Assembly: GCA_023819665.1 (NCBI GenBank)
Contig: JAMWCP010000003.1
Span: 1-40,503, forward strand
Length of the DNA stretch: 40,503 nucleotides
Direction: 5' to 3'
Origin: Candidatus Omnitrophota bacterium
GTDB lineage: Bacteria > Omnitrophota > Gorgyraeia > Gygaellales > JAMWCP01
The position numbers and the translations under genes are program-made. The notes beneath the pieces are model-generated. The model searched no databases. It was not told the DNA's origin and saw only the letters and a list, made by a program, of their open reading frames with translations. The first letter of the stretch is position 1. Every line of letters starts with the position of its first letter. Below, piece after piece: positions 24,476 to 35,016 of this stretch.

Positions 24476-25804
24476 ATGGCTCTATCGGGTTTAGAGATAT
24501 ATAAACTTCTTCCGAAGACCAACTGTCGAGAATGCGGATTTTCTACGTGTTTAGCTTTTGCTATGCAGTTGGCAAAAAAGGCAGTAGCTTTAGATAAATG
24601 CCCTTTCTTAACAGAAGAGTCAAAAAAAATTTTGGAGGAATTGAATCTTCCGGCAATAAAATTAATTACCATTGGTAAAAACGATCAAAGAGTACAGATT
24701 GGTAATGAGAATGTGCTTTTTCGACACGAGGAGAGATTTTATAATCCGCCGGGGATAGGCATTATTATTAACGATGATTTAGCGCAGACCGAGGTACTTA
24801 ATATTATTAGAAAGATAAAGGATTTAGAATTTGAACGTATAGGACAGAGGCTCAAAATAGAACTCCTCGCCATAAGAAATAGATCTTCAGAAGAAAATTT
24901 TTTAAAAACCATAGACCTAGTAGTTCATAATACTTCTTTTGCCCTTGTTCTGATGTGCGAAGAACCCCGTAGAGTTAAAAAAGTATTAGAGTTATATAAA
25001 GATTTAAGACCTCTTATCTACCGCATAACCCCAGATAACTTTTTACAATTCTCTCAATTACTTAAAGGAGATAATGTGCCTGTAGTGGTATGGAGTGAGG
25101 ATTTAGAAGGAATTTCTTATTTGACTCAACAGTTAAACAGAAATCAGATAAACGAATTAGTTTTGGAGGTAAGCAATAAATCTCCGGCTTTTGCCCTATG
25201 GCAACTTACCCAAATAAGAAGACTCTCTTTAAAGAAAAAAGAGCGGAGTTTAGGATATCCTGTTTTGGTGTTAATAGAAAATCAGGATAAAGACTTAAGT
25301 CTTTTATTTACAGTTAGTTATATTGCTAAATATGCGGGGATTATACTTCTGGATACATTTTCTCCAGAAGATATTTTTGGTATTTTAACTTTAAGACAGA
25401 ATATATATACTGATCCCCAAAAACCTTTACAGATTGAACCAAAACTTTATAGTATTGGAAGTGTAAATACTTATTCTCCTGTGCTGGTTACTACCAACTT
25501 TTCTCTTACCTATTATACCGTCTTAGGAGAAGTGGAGGCCAGCAGAGTCCCTTCTTATATATTAAGTGTAAACACAGAGGGAATGTCAGTCTTAACCGCA
25601 TGGGCAGCAGAAAAATTTACTCCGGAGAGTATTATTGAAGCAATTGAAAAGTCGGAGTTAAAAAAGTTCGTCAATCACAATCGTATAATTATTCCCGGTT
25701 ATGTAGCAATGATGAGCGGAGATTTGCAAGAGAAGTCAGGTTGGCAGGTAATAGTAGGTCCAAGGGAGGCTGCGGGAATACCTAGGTTTTTAAGAGATTT
25801 ATAA
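24476..25804 (+). CDS. acsC: Corrinoid iron-sulfur protein large (gamma) subunit
   Basis: LPKTNCRECGFSTCLAFA...CP [4Fe-4S]; RQNIYTDPQKP, TTNFSLTY, GMSVLTAWAA, GPREA. Confidence 0.96.
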   Translation: MALSGLEIYKLLPKTNCRECGFSTCLAFAMQLAKKAVALDKCPFLTEESKKILEELNLPAIKLITIGKNDQRVQIGNENVLFRHEERFYNPPGIGIIINDDLAQTEVLNIIRKIKDLEFERIGQRLKIELLAIRNRSSEENFLKTIDLVVHNTSFALVLMCEEPRRVKKVLELYKDLRPLIYRITPDNFLQFSQLLKGDNVPVVVWSEDLEGISYLTQQLNRNQINELVLEVSNKSPAFALWQLTQIRRLSLKKKERSLGYPVLVLIENQDKDLSLLFTVSYIAKYAGIILLDTFSPEDIFGILTLRQNIYTDPQKPLQIEPKLYSIGSVNTYSPVLVTTNFSLTYYTVLGEVEASRVPSYILSVNTEGMSVLTAWAAEKFTPESIIEAIEKSELKKFVNHNRIIIPGYVAMMSGDLQEKSGWQVIVGPREAAGIPRFLRDL

Positions 25805-25889
25805 TTTTTATTTTAGGTTAAAGAATAAGAAATACTTAAACAAAGAAAACAGATAACGAAAATTATTGTAGGGTGGGAGAATTTATATT

Positions 25890-27821
25890 ATGGAAAAGTT
25901 TAAAGTTACTTTTTACCCGGATCATAAGACCGTTGAGATACAGAAGGGGCAGAGTATTCTTTCTGCTGCACTTGCCGCAGGTATCTATATCAACTCAAAT
26001 TGTGGGGGAGAGGGGATCTGTGGGAGATGTAAGATAATTTTAAGAAAGGGAGAGGTTTTTACTCAACCTAGTGGAAGACTTTCGTGGGAAGAGAGAAAAC
26101 ACAACTACTATCTCGCCTGTCTTACTACGGTGCAGAGCGATTTAGAGGTAGAGGTTCCTGAGGAATCACGGTTAAGTTTTGAAAAACTTGCTGTTGAAGA
26201 GATAGCATTGCGTTTTAAAGGATTTTATGAAAAACCTGAAAGTATTGAGACTACCCAATCAATTCTAGATGAAGTTTTTGTACATTCACCATTAGCTACC
26301 AAATTATATATAGAATTGCCTCCACCCAATTTAAATGACCGCGTAAGCGATCTCGAAAGGTTGTATCGAGAGATCCGCAAGAGACACGAAATCCCTATTA
26401 TTCAGACATGCCTTACTAATATAAGATCCTTAGGGCATCTTTTGCGGAATTCAGATTGGAAAGTGACGGTTACGTTGGGGAAGAGAGACGGGGTGGTAGA
26501 GATTGTTCTTGTTGAACCAAATAATACTTCTTTGCATAATTATGGGTTTGCTTTTGATATCGGAACCACTACCATCTGTGGTGAACTTATAGATCTGAAT
26601 AACAAAAAGATTTTAGGGGCACGTGCAATTTATAATAAACAAACAGTGTTTGGTCCTGATGTAATTACGCGTATCATCTACGGTTCGCAAGCCGATGGCT
26701 TGGAGAAGTTACATCATGCCGTCGTTGATGGAATGAATGAAATTATTCAAGAACTCATCCAAGAAGAAAAAATTGATTTAAACAATGTTACCTGTGTTCT
26801 CTGTGCCGGTAATCCTACCATGATCCATCTTTTACTTAAAATAGAACCTACTTATTTAAGGAGAGAGCCTTATATACCGGTTGCTAATTTTATCCCCACT
26901 ATCCGTGCCAGTGAGACAGGAATTAAGATAAATCCACGCGGACTACTTTTCTGTCTACCGGGGGTTTCTAGTTATTTAGGTGGAGATATAGTGGCAGGAG
27001 TACTTTCTTGCGGGATGTATAAAGAAGAGGGAATCTGTCTTTTGATTGATATTGGAACAAACGGAGAAATTGTTTTAGGAAATAGAGATTTTCTTGTAGG
27101 TTGTAGTGCTTCTGCAGGTCCTGCTTTTGAGGGCTCAGGAGTAAACTATGGTATGCGTGCCAGTGGTGGTGCTATACAGAAAGTGAAGATTTTACCCAAC
27201 GCTGATAAGGTAGAATTTTCTACTATCGGTAATATACCCGCACGGGGAATATGTGGTTCAGGATATATTGATATTCTGGCGCAGATGTTGATGACAGGGG
27301 TCATTGATCGTTCAGGAAAGATAAGATGGGAAGACCATCCGCGGATAAAACAAAGAGAGCTTGAGAAAGAGTTTATAATAGCTTTTAAAGAGGAGACTAA
27401 TTTGGATTCTGATATCGTAATTACTGAGACAGATATTGAGAATTTAAAACGTGCAAAAGCCGCCATCTTTGCGGCTACTTCTGTTTTAGTAAAACATATG
27501 AATTTGGATTTGAAACAGATAGAGAAAGTGTTTATTGCGGGTGGATTTGGTAGTTATCTAAATATTCAAAATGCTAAACTTATTGGTTTACTTCCAGATT
27601 TAGAAGAGAGAAGGTTTATCTTTGTAGGAAACAGCTCTTTGATAGGCGCATCTTATGTTCTTTTATCTCATCAGGCAATGCAGAGAGCAGAGGAGCTGGC
27701 ACACAAGATTACTTATTTTGAATTATCGGTGGATCACAGTTATATGGAAGAGTATATGGCTGCTTTGTTTTTCCCGCACACGGATATCTCAAGGTTCCCT
27801 AATCTTAAAGGCATGATATGA
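25890..27821 (+). CDS. acsV: Reductive activator of corrinoid protein (RACo/AcsV; 2Fe-2S plus ASKHA ATPase)
   Basis: CGGEGICGRC...LAC ferredoxin; DIGTTT, DIGTNGE, SAGPAFEG, GICGSG, AGGFG, GNSSL. Confidence 0.93.
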   Translation: MEKFKVTFYPDHKTVEIQKGQSILSAALAAGIYINSNCGGEGICGRCKIILRKGEVFTQPSGRLSWEERKHNYYLACLTTVQSDLEVEVPEESRLSFEKLAVEEIALRFKGFYEKPESIETTQSILDEVFVHSPLATKLYIELPPPNLNDRVSDLERLYREIRKRHEIPIIQTCLTNIRSLGHLLRNSDWKVTVTLGKRDGVVEIVLVEPNNTSLHNYGFAFDIGTTTICGELIDLNNKKILGARAIYNKQTVFGPDVITRIIYGSQADGLEKLHHAVVDGMNEIIQELIQEEKIDLNNVTCVLCAGNPTMIHLLLKIEPTYLRREPYIPVANFIPTIRASETGIKINPRGLLFCLPGVSSYLGGDIVAGVLSCGMYKEEGICLLIDIGTNGEIVLGNRDFLVGCSASAGPAFEGSGVNYGMRASGGAIQKVKILPNADKVEFSTIGNIPARGICGSGYIDILAQMLMTGVIDRSGKIRWEDHPRIKQRELEKEFIIAFKEETNLDSDIVITETDIENLKRAKAAIFAATSVLVKHMNLDLKQIEKVFIAGGFGSYLNIQNAKLIGLLPDLEERRFIFVGNSSLIGASYVLLSHQAMQRAEELAHKITYFELSVDHSYMEEYMAALFFPHTDISRFPNLKGMI

Positions 27822-28786
27822 TAAAAGAATATATTGAAAATTGGTCGGGAGAAGTAAATACACTAGTTATTGGAGCTACTCCTGAAGAAGGAGGTAGCCG
27901 GCGTTTTAGTGTGAAGATAGGGGGCGAAAGGACATTACCTTTTTTATTTAAAGAAGCGTTGCTTCCTTTTAAACCTGTAATTGCTTATGAGATTTGGGAT
28001 ATAGAGCCAATTGATTGGGCAACAGCTCTATCTAAATATTATGGAGATGTTTGGGGTAACACCTTGGAGTGGGCAGATAAGTTAATTAGAGAATATAAAG
28101 CAGAACTTCTGTGTTTAAAACTAGCAGGAGCACATCCGGAAATAGGGAAAGATTTAGATGAGATAGTAAAACTTTTAGAGGGTCTTTTAAAGAAAGTCGA
28201 TATACCTTTGATTATTATTGGCTGTGGAGATGTTCAGAGAGACAACTTTATTCTTCCTTTGTGTTCTCAGATACTTAAAAATGAACGTTGTCTTATTGGG
28301 GAGGTAAATCAGGACAATTATAAAACTTTAACTGCAGCAGTATTGGCTGATGGTCATAGTATTATTGCTCAATCTCCTATTGATATAAATATTGCGAAAC
28401 AGTTGAATATTTTAATTTCTGATATGGGTTTGCCTTTGGAACGGATTGTGATCAATCCCACGGTGGGTGCCTTAGGATATGGTTTAGAATATACCTATTC
28501 TATTATGGAGCGTTTGAGATTAGCCGCCTTAAACAACGATAGAGTAGTAGCATCACCTTTTATCTGTTTTGTAGGACAAGAGAGTTGGCGGGTAAAAGAA
28601 GCAACTACTCCCGAGAAAGAATTTTCTCGTTGGGGTAGTGAATGGCGGCGTGGTTATCTATGGGAATTGATTACTGCTGGCGCTTTATTACAGGCAGGAG
28701 CAAATATTTTGGTGATGAGACATCCAAAAGCGATAGAAAAAATAAAGGAGTATATAGACAAACTATATGAATTTAAAATAAATTAA
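27818..28786 (+). CDS. acsD: Corrinoid iron-sulfur protein small (delta) subunit
   Basis: IGGERTLPF, SPIDINIAKQLN, LGYGLEYTYSIMERLRLAAL, VMRHP. Confidence 0.96.
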   Translation: MIKEYIENWSGEVNTLVIGATPEEGGSRRFSVKIGGERTLPFLFKEALLPFKPVIAYEIWDIEPIDWATALSKYYGDVWGNTLEWADKLIREYKAELLCLKLAGAHPEIGKDLDEIVKLLEGLLKKVDIPLIIIGCGDVQRDNFILPLCSQILKNERCLIGEVNQDNYKTLTAAVLADGHSIIAQSPIDINIAKQLNILISDMGLPLERIVINPTVGALGYGLEYTYSIMERLRLAALNNDRVVASPFICFVGQESWRVKEATTPEKEFSRWGSEWRRGYLWELITAGALLQAGANILVMRHPKAIEKIKEYIDKLYEFKIN

Positions 28787-28797
28787 AGGATGCTATT

Positions 28798-29586
28798 ATG
28801 TTTATTATTGGAGAGCTAATCAATGGAATGTACAAAAATGTTGGTCAGGCAATCAGAAAGAGAGATAAATCTATAATTCAAGAGATCGCATTAAAACAGA
28901 TTGAAGCAGGAGTGGATGCTTTGGATTTAAATTGCGGTCCTCTTTCGGAAAACCCTTTAGAGGATATGTGTTGGTTAGTAGAGACAGTGCAAGAGGTAGT
29001 AGATAAACCTCTCTGTTTAGATTCAAGTAAGCCAAGGATAATTGAAGCAGGGCTTAAAATAATTAAAAATAAAGCAATTATTAATTCTACCAGTGCAGAT
29101 TTAGAAAAATTAGAGATATTGGTTGATTTAGCCAAAAGATATAATGCAAAACTTATTGGACTTACATTGAGTAGTAAAGGAGTGCCTCAAAATAAAGAAC
29201 AGCGATTAGAATTGGCTGCCGAGATAGTGGCGTATTGTAGCCGAGAAGATTTCTCTATAGAAGATCTTTATTTGGATCCAGTAGTTCTCCCTATAAATGT
29301 AGCCCAGGATCGGCAGAGAGATATTTTAGATTCTATTCAGGAGTTTAAAGTTATTTCCGAGCCCCCACCGAAGACTATCGTAGGATTGAGCAACATTTCG
29401 CAAGGGGCATCTCAACGTCCTCTGTTAAATCGTACTTTTATCACCATGGCAATTTCTTTTGGATTGGATGCAGCAATACTTAATCCATTGGATAATGAGT
29501 TAATAAATGCTATAATTACTAGTGAATTGATTTTAAATAGACAGATATACTGTGAGTCGTTTTTAAAAGCTTATAGAAAGAGATAA
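28798..29586 (+). CDS. acsE: Methyltetrahydrofolate:corrinoid/Fe-S protein methyltransferase
   Basis: MFIIGELING, PLCLDS, IINS, LYLDP, GLSNISQG, GLDAAI pterin-binding barrel; position in acs cluster. Confidence 0.94.
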   Translation: MFIIGELINGMYKNVGQAIRKRDKSIIQEIALKQIEAGVDALDLNCGPLSENPLEDMCWLVETVQEVVDKPLCLDSSKPRIIEAGLKIIKNKAIINSTSADLEKLEILVDLAKRYNAKLIGLTLSSKGVPQNKEQRLELAAEIVAYCSREDFSIEDLYLDPVVLPINVAQDRQRDILDSIQEFKVISEPPPKTIVGLSNISQGASQRPLLNRTFITMAISFGLDAAILNPLDNELINAIITSELILNRQIYCESFLKAYRKR

Positions 29587-29588
29587 TC

Positions 29589-29984
29589 ATGTCAAATAAA
29601 AAGATATTTCGTGAAGTATTTAATTTTAGTGATTTAAAAGAAAGCTTAAAATTTGCTACGCGAGGTATAGTTTATCTTTTTATATTCCATAGAAATTTGA
29701 GGATCATTTTTCTGTTGGGGTTCATAGCCTTGTTATTAGGTTTTTATTTTAGACTAAAAGGCGTAGAATTGATGGTTCTTTGTTTAACTATAACTCTAGT
29801 TTTTCTAGCAGAGGTAGTTAATACTACTGTAGAACTTATTTTAGATACTTTCTGTGATCGTTATCATCCTAAGATAAAGATTATTAAGGACATTGCTGCT
29901 GCGGTAGTTTTGATTACAGTATTTAATGCTCTTGCCGTTGGTTATATAATTTTTATTCGTCGGATTATATACTTAATGAAATAA
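29589..29984 (+). CDS. dgkA: Prokaryotic diacylglycerol/undecaprenol kinase family protein
   Basis: SLKFATRG, AEVVNTTVELILD, KDIAAAVVL; three TMs. Confidence 0.9.
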   Translation: MSNKKIFREVFNFSDLKESLKFATRGIVYLFIFHRNLRIIFLLGFIALLLGFYFRLKGVELMVLCLTITLVFLAEVVNTTVELILDTFCDRYHPKIKIIKDIAAAVVLITVFNALAVGYIIFIRRIIYLMK

Positions 29985-29993
29985 TTTATTTGT

Positions 29994-30070
29994 GGCGGAG
30001 TAGCTCAGCCTGATAGAGCAGACGGCTCATACCCGTTAGGTCGTCGGTTTAAATCCGACCTCCGCCACCA
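29994..30070 (+). tRNA. tRNA with CAT anticodon, most likely elongator tRNA-Met
   Basis: Acceptor GGCGGAG/CTCCGCC plus ACCA; anticodon arm GACGG-CTCATAC-CCGTT; G1:C72 paired and no 3-GC run, so not initiator. Confidence 0.9.
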
Positions 30071-30151
30071 CGTCGGTGCAAATATCATATATCAATTAAA
30101 ATTCCATTTTGTTGTAAATACAAATTTTAAAATTATTAATTTTTAATTTAA

Positions 30152-31138
30152 ATGATTATAAAGAAAGTAAAAGAATTTATTCAAGATTACAGGCTTATCG
30201 AGAAGAATGATAGAATTGTGGTGGGTGTTTCGGGAGGGGCTGATTCAGTTGCTTTGATTTATATACTTAATAGATTAAAAAGAGAGATGGGGTTTTATCT
30301 ACACATTGCGCATTTGGATCATATGTTACGATTAGATTCTTCTAAAGATAAGGAATTTGTAGAAAATTTAGCTAAAAAACTAAATCTTCCTTTTAGTTCC
30401 GCATCTATTAATATTAAGGAGTTGGCTCACTATTCTTCGATTGAGCAGATTGCTCGGAATGTCCGGTTGGCTTTTTTATTCAAGGTAGCCAAAGATATAA
30501 AAGCAAAAAAGATTGCTTTAGGACATAATTTTGATGACCAGGCAGAAACAGTTTTGATGCGTATTTTAAGAGGCGCAGGACTTTATGGCTTATGTGGAAT
30601 TTTGCCTAAAAGGGGAATATACGGTTTTACTATTATTAGACCACTTTTAGGATTAAGAAGGAAAGAGATTGAGAATTATCTAAAGAAAAAAAAGCTAAAG
30701 TTCTGCCAGGATTATACCAATTTAAAAGATATTTATTTTAGAAATCGTATTCGTCACCATCTATTGCCCCTCTTAGAAAATAGATACAATAAAAATATAC
30801 GCAGAGTTCTGGTAAATATGGCAGAGAGTATTGGTTATGATTATGAATACCTTTTAAGATCGAGCCAGAAGGCTTTTTCAAAAAAAGCCCGTGTCTACGG
30901 AAGAAAAAGAATAGTGTTCAATCTTAAGGAATTTTTGAATTTAGATACTGCTTTACAGAGAATGCTTATCCGCGTAAGTGTAAAGAGGATAAAGGGAGAT
31001 TTGCGTCATTTGGAGTTTCGGCATATCAGAGAGATTGAAGATCTTTTGTATAAACGCCCACATAATTCAGTTGTAGACTTACCCAAAGGTGTTTTTATCA
31101 TAAAGACAAACAAAAGTATCTCTATAATGAAGCGATAA
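30152..31138 (+). CDS. tilS: tRNA(Ile)-lysidine synthetase (short form)
   Basis: PP-loop VSGGADS, HLDHMLR, GHNFDDQAETVL, IRPLL, RNRIR; upstream of ftsH. Confidence 0.96.
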   Translation: MIIKKVKEFIQDYRLIEKNDRIVVGVSGGADSVALIYILNRLKREMGFYLHIAHLDHMLRLDSSKDKEFVENLAKKLNLPFSSASINIKELAHYSSIEQIARNVRLAFLFKVAKDIKAKKIALGHNFDDQAETVLMRILRGAGLYGLCGILPKRGIYGFTIIRPLLGLRRKEIENYLKKKKLKFCQDYTNLKDIYFRNRIRHHLLPLLENRYNKNIRRVLVNMAESIGYDYEYLLRSSQKAFSKKARVYGRKRIVFNLKEFLNLDTALQRMLIRVSVKRIKGDLRHLEFRHIREIEDLLYKRPHNSVVDLPKGVFIIKTNKSISIMKR

Positions 31139-31142
31139 TTTG

Positions 31143-31151
31143 TGGTATAAT
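31143..31151 (+). promoter_or_regulatory. Extended -10 promoter for ftsH
   Basis: TGGTATAAT 30 nt upstream of the ftsH ATG. Confidence 0.5.
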
Positions 31152-31181
31152 AAAATAAACCAATTTTAAAAAAGTTAGACT

Positions 31182-33014
31182 ATGGCAAGAGATAAACAGC
31201 AAAAGCGTGTATTGATATGGATTCTAATAATTTTTGGGTTATTTTATCTTCTGAGTAATATAGAGATTTCGGTTAAAAGCATACCCCGTGAGATTTCCTA
31301 TAGTCAATTTTATCGGATACTAAAAGAAGAGCCTCAGAGCATAAAAAGCCTTGCTAAAACAGAACTTCTTCTCCAAGGTGAGTTCCAAGATGGTTCTCGT
31401 TTCTTTGTAAATATACCTGAAAATGATCAGGAGTTGCTATCGTTGATACGTGAGAATGTGGTTAATTTCAAAATAAACCCTGCACGTACCATTTGGAGCA
31501 ATCTGTTTTTTTCCTTGGGACCGATTTTACTTCTGATCATTTTTTGGTGGATAATGGCTTCTCGTGGAGAGCGCTTGGGAGATCGTATACTTTCTTTTGG
31601 TAAAGCACGTGCGCGTATCCATACGGAGAAGGAAACGGGAAGGATTACTTTTAATGATGTTGCGGGTGTAGATGAAGCAAAGGAGGAGTTAAAAGAGGTA
31701 ATTGAGTTTTTAAAGGATCCTAAAAAATTTCAACGTTTGGGAGGGAAGATTCCAAAAGGAGTTTTGTTAGTGGGGCCACCCGGCACAGGAAAAACTCTCT
31801 TAGCAAGAGCTGTAGCAGGAGAAGCAGAAGTTCCTTTTTTTAGTATCAGCGGTTCTGATTTTGTAGAGATGTTTGTGGGTGTGGGGGCCAGTAGAGTAAG
31901 GGATCTGTTTGAACAAGGTAGACGCGCGGCTAAGAGTTCCAATAAAGGAGCAATTATTTTTATTGATGAGATTGATGCAGTAGGAAGATTGCGTTTTGCC
32001 GGTATAGGTGGTGGTCACGATGAAAGAGAGCAGACGTTAAATCAATTATTAGTAGAGATGGATGGATTTGATAGTACTCAAGGGCTCATTCTTATTGCTG
32101 CTACTAACCGACCGGATACATTGGATCCTGCGCTTTTACGTCCGGGAAGATTCGATCGTCAGATTGTTGTTAATCTTCCTGATATTAAAGGTAGGGAAGA
32201 GATCTTTAAAGTGCATACTCGTAAATTAAGACTTAGTTTTCAGATTGACCTTAAGACTTTAGCGGCACTTACTCCCGGTTTTTCCGGAGCAGATATTGCC
32301 AATGTTTGTAATGAATCTGCCTTGATTGCCGCACGTTATAATAAAGAGGCAATTGAAATGGAAGATTTTGAGAAAGCGATTGAGAGAGTCCTTATGGGTC
32401 CAGAAAAAAAACACCGTATTATGTCTAAGAAAGAAAAACATATCACTGCTCTTCATGAATCCGGTCATGCTTTACTATCCCTTTTACTTCCCGAAGTAAA
32501 TCCTTTAAAGAAGGTCTCTATTATTCCTCGCGGTTTATCCGGAGGTTACACTTTCACTCCACCTATAGAGGACCGCCACTATTGGACAAAGAATGAATTA
32601 CTAGCAGAGATTACTCTTATGTTAGGAGGAAGGGCATCTGAAGAGTTAAATTTAGGAGATATTACCACAGGTGCCCAGAATGATTTGGAGATGGCCACTC
32701 AAATGGCGCGGAGAATGGTAACCCAGTTTGGAATGTCTGAGAAGTTAGGTAATCTTACTTTGGGTAGAAGGGAAGGGTTGGTATTTTTGGGACGGGATAT
32801 TATTGAAGAGAAAAATTATAGTGAAGAGACTGCCCGACTTATTGATGAGGAGGTTAAAAAGATTATTGACACTGCCTATAATAAAGCAAAGTTCCTCCTT
32901 AAGGATAACTTAGACAAGTTAAATATCCTTACCAATGCTCTTTTAGAGAAAGAAGTGTTGGATGGGGAAGAGGTAAAGAGACTTTTAGGTATAGATAAGA
33001 AAGAAGAAAATTAA
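31182..33014 (+). CDS. ftsH: ATP-dependent zinc metalloprotease FtsH
   Basis: Two TMs, [30 protein letters not shown]. Confidence 0.98.
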   Translation: MARDKQQKRVLIWILIIFGLFYLLSNIEISVKSIPREISYSQFYRILKEEPQSIKSLAKTELLLQGEFQDGSRFFVNIPENDQELLSLIRENVVNFKINPARTIWSNLFFSLGPILLLIIFWWIMASRGERLGDRILSFGKARARIHTEKETGRITFNDVAGVDEAKEELKEVIEFLKDPKKFQRLGGKIPKGVLLVGPPGTGKTLLARAVAGEAEVPFFSISGSDFVEMFVGVGASRVRDLFEQGRRAAKSSNKGAIIFIDEIDAVGRLRFAGIGGGHDEREQTLNQLLVEMDGFDSTQGLILIAATNRPDTLDPALLRPGRFDRQIVVNLPDIKGREEIFKVHTRKLRLSFQIDLKTLAALTPGFSGADIANVCNESALIAARYNKEAIEMEDFEKAIERVLMGPEKKHRIMSKKEKHITALHESGHALLSLLLPEVNPLKKVSIIPRGLSGGYTFTPPIEDRHYWTKNELLAEITLMLGGRASEELNLGDITTGAQNDLEMATQMARRMVTQFGMSEKLGNLTLGRREGLVFLGRDIIEEKNYSEETARLIDEEVKKIIDTAYNKAKFLLKDNLDKLNILTNALLEKEVLDGEEVKRLLGIDKKEEN

Positions 33015-33024
33015 TTTTTTAAAT

Positions 33025-34245
33025 ATGCGAATTATTGAGGTGTATAATTCGAAAGATTTAGAAAGATTATTAAAAAAGATAAAAGTCGATTCTTACGGTA
33101 TTAAGATTATGCTTCCTAAAACAGTGAGGCGTTTGATCTTAATAAGAGGTGTCTCTAATATCTATGCCAATATCTTAAAACAGGAATTGCTTTCATTAGG
33201 TGGAGATGTAGCGGTATCAAGAGGAGCTTTAACCGGTCAAGATAAAACCACAGATTGTTTGATTATGGGCAATCTTTCTCAGTTGATAGGTTTAAGAGAA
33301 AAGCTAAAAAAGCAGCCCTTTGGTTTGGATAGATTGGCTAAAGATATCTCTAATGCTTTGAATAATTATCAAAAGGAAAGTTTTACCCTTAAATTAGGTG
33401 ATTATAGACTGAATTTGAATAATAAAAAAGTTTTAATTATGGGTATTGTGAATCTTACCCCTGATTCTTTTAGCGGCGATGGGCTTTATCAAATTCCGAA
33501 TGTTAAATCCCGTTTATCCGAGATAATCGATTTTGTAGAGAAAAAAGTTCAGGATGGCGCGGATATTATTGATGTAGGAGGACAATCATCAAGGCCGGGA
33601 GCAAGACCTGTTTCTCTGCAGGAAGAGTTAGAGAGGATCATTCCCGTATTAAAAAAAATGGTAAAAAAAATAAAAGTTCCTATTTCCATTGATACCTATC
33701 GGCCGGAAGTTGCTGAGCAGGCTTTAGATAATGGAGTAAGCCTCGTTAATGATATTACCGGATTAAGAAACCCCAAAATGCGCAAGCTTCTAAAAAGATA
33801 TAAAAAAGCAGCAATAGTGATCATGCATATGCAGGGTATGCCTTCTACCATGCAGATAAATCCACATTATGAATCTCTTATAGATGAGATTATAGAATTT
33901 TTATCAAGAGTAATAAAAAAGGCAGAAGATTCGGGTATAGAAAGAGAAAGAATTATAGTTGATCCCGGCATTGGTTTTGGTAAGACCTTAGAGCATAATC
34001 TTTTAATTTTGAAGGCATTAAAAGAATTTAAGATCTTAGGAAGGCCCATTCTTGTTGGTCCTTCACGCAAGTCATTTATTGGAAAGATCTTGAATTTAGA
34101 ACCTTCTCAGAGACTATATGGAAGCATAGCCTCTGTATGTCTATGCGCCATTAATGGGGCCAGTATTGTACGTGTGCATGATGTGAAAGAGACAAGACAG
34201 GCATTGTCAATTTTAGAAAATGTCTTTAAAATAAATTATACTTAA
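33025..34245 (+). CDS. folP: Dihydropteroate synthase with ~130-aa N-terminal extension (putative dihydropteroate reductase domain)
   Basis: MGIVNLTPDSFSGDG, DPGIGFGK, GPSRKSFIG, RVHDV; extension carries ILKQELLSLGGD and QPFGL. Confidence 0.94.
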   Translation: MRIIEVYNSKDLERLLKKIKVDSYGIKIMLPKTVRRLILIRGVSNIYANILKQELLSLGGDVAVSRGALTGQDKTTDCLIMGNLSQLIGLREKLKKQPFGLDRLAKDISNALNNYQKESFTLKLGDYRLNLNNKKVLIMGIVNLTPDSFSGDGLYQIPNVKSRLSEIIDFVEKKVQDGADIIDVGGQSSRPGARPVSLQEELERIIPVLKKMVKKIKVPISIDTYRPEVAEQALDNGVSLVNDITGLRNPKMRKLLKRYKKAAIVIMHMQGMPSTMQINPHYESLIDEIIEFLSRVIKKAEDSGIERERIIVDPGIGFGKTLEHNLLILKALKEFKILGRPILVGPSRKSFIGKILNLEPSQRLYGSIASVCLCAINGASIVRVHDVKETRQALSILENVFKINYT

Positions 34246-34254
34246 TTCTTAATT

Positions 34255-35016
34255 ATGGTTTTAAATTTTAGAATTATCTTAGAGATAATTATCCTTTGGT
34301 TTATAATCTATCATATTATGCTCTTCTTTGAAGGAACACGCGCGATAAATGTATTAAGAGGGATAATTCTAATTTTATTAATGTTCTTTATTATTCAACG
34401 TTTACGCTTAGAGATATTAGATTGGATATTTACCAAACTTTTTGCTATCTCCATTATTGCACTTTTAGTCATTTTTCATCCCGAGATTAGACAGGGGTTG
34501 GCATATCTTGGGAAGAGACATTTTCTGTTTAGGATAGCCTTGAAGGAGGAAGAGCTTGAGCACATCTTAAAAGAGATTATTAAAGCAGTAAGCAACCTTT
34601 CAGAGAAGAAATTAGGTGCACTTATTGCTATTGAAAATGAGATTTCTTTAAAATCCTATGTAGAAAGTGGAGTAATTCTCGATGCTTTAGTTTCAAGCGA
34701 ATTAATTGAAAGTATTTTCGCACCCATGTCTCCTTTGCATGATGGAGGATTAATTGTCCAACAGGCAAGAATTACCGCGGGTGGCTGTATTTTTCCGGTA
34801 GCAGAGGATCCTACTTTGAGTCGAGAGTATGGTATGCGACATCGTGCAGGAGTTGGGCTTTCCCGAGAGACAGATGCCTTCGTGATAATTGTATCGGAAG
34901 AACGAGGAAGCATATCTTTAGCTTTGGCAGGAAGATTATATGAAGGTATAAATAAAGAGGAACTTTTTATGCGAATAAAAGAGATAATGAAATTAAAGAG
35001 AAACAGAAAAGAATGA
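34255..35016 (+). CDS. cdaA: Diadenylate cyclase CdaA/DacA
   Basis: Three N-terminal TMs, FHPEIRQGL, LHDGG, GMRHRAGVG, VSEERG. Confidence 0.95.
   Translation: MVLNFRIILEIIILWFIIYHIMLFFEGTRAINVLRGIILILLMFFIIQRLRLEILDWIFTKLFAISIIALLVIFHPEIRQGLAYLGKRHFLFRIALKEEELEHILKEIIKAVSNLSEKKLGALIAIENEISLKSYVESGVILDALVSSELIESIFAPMSPLHDGGLIVQQARITAGGCIFPVAEDPTLSREYGMRHRAGVGLSRETDAFVIIVSEERGSISLALAGRLYEGINKEELFMRIKEIMKLKRNRKE

Noticed and set aside
16973-24672. Short nested ORFs 16973..17188, 16998..17234, 20667..20858, 21784..21972, 23246..23443 and 24457..24672
   Set aside because: Alternate-frame or antisense shadows of well-supported genes
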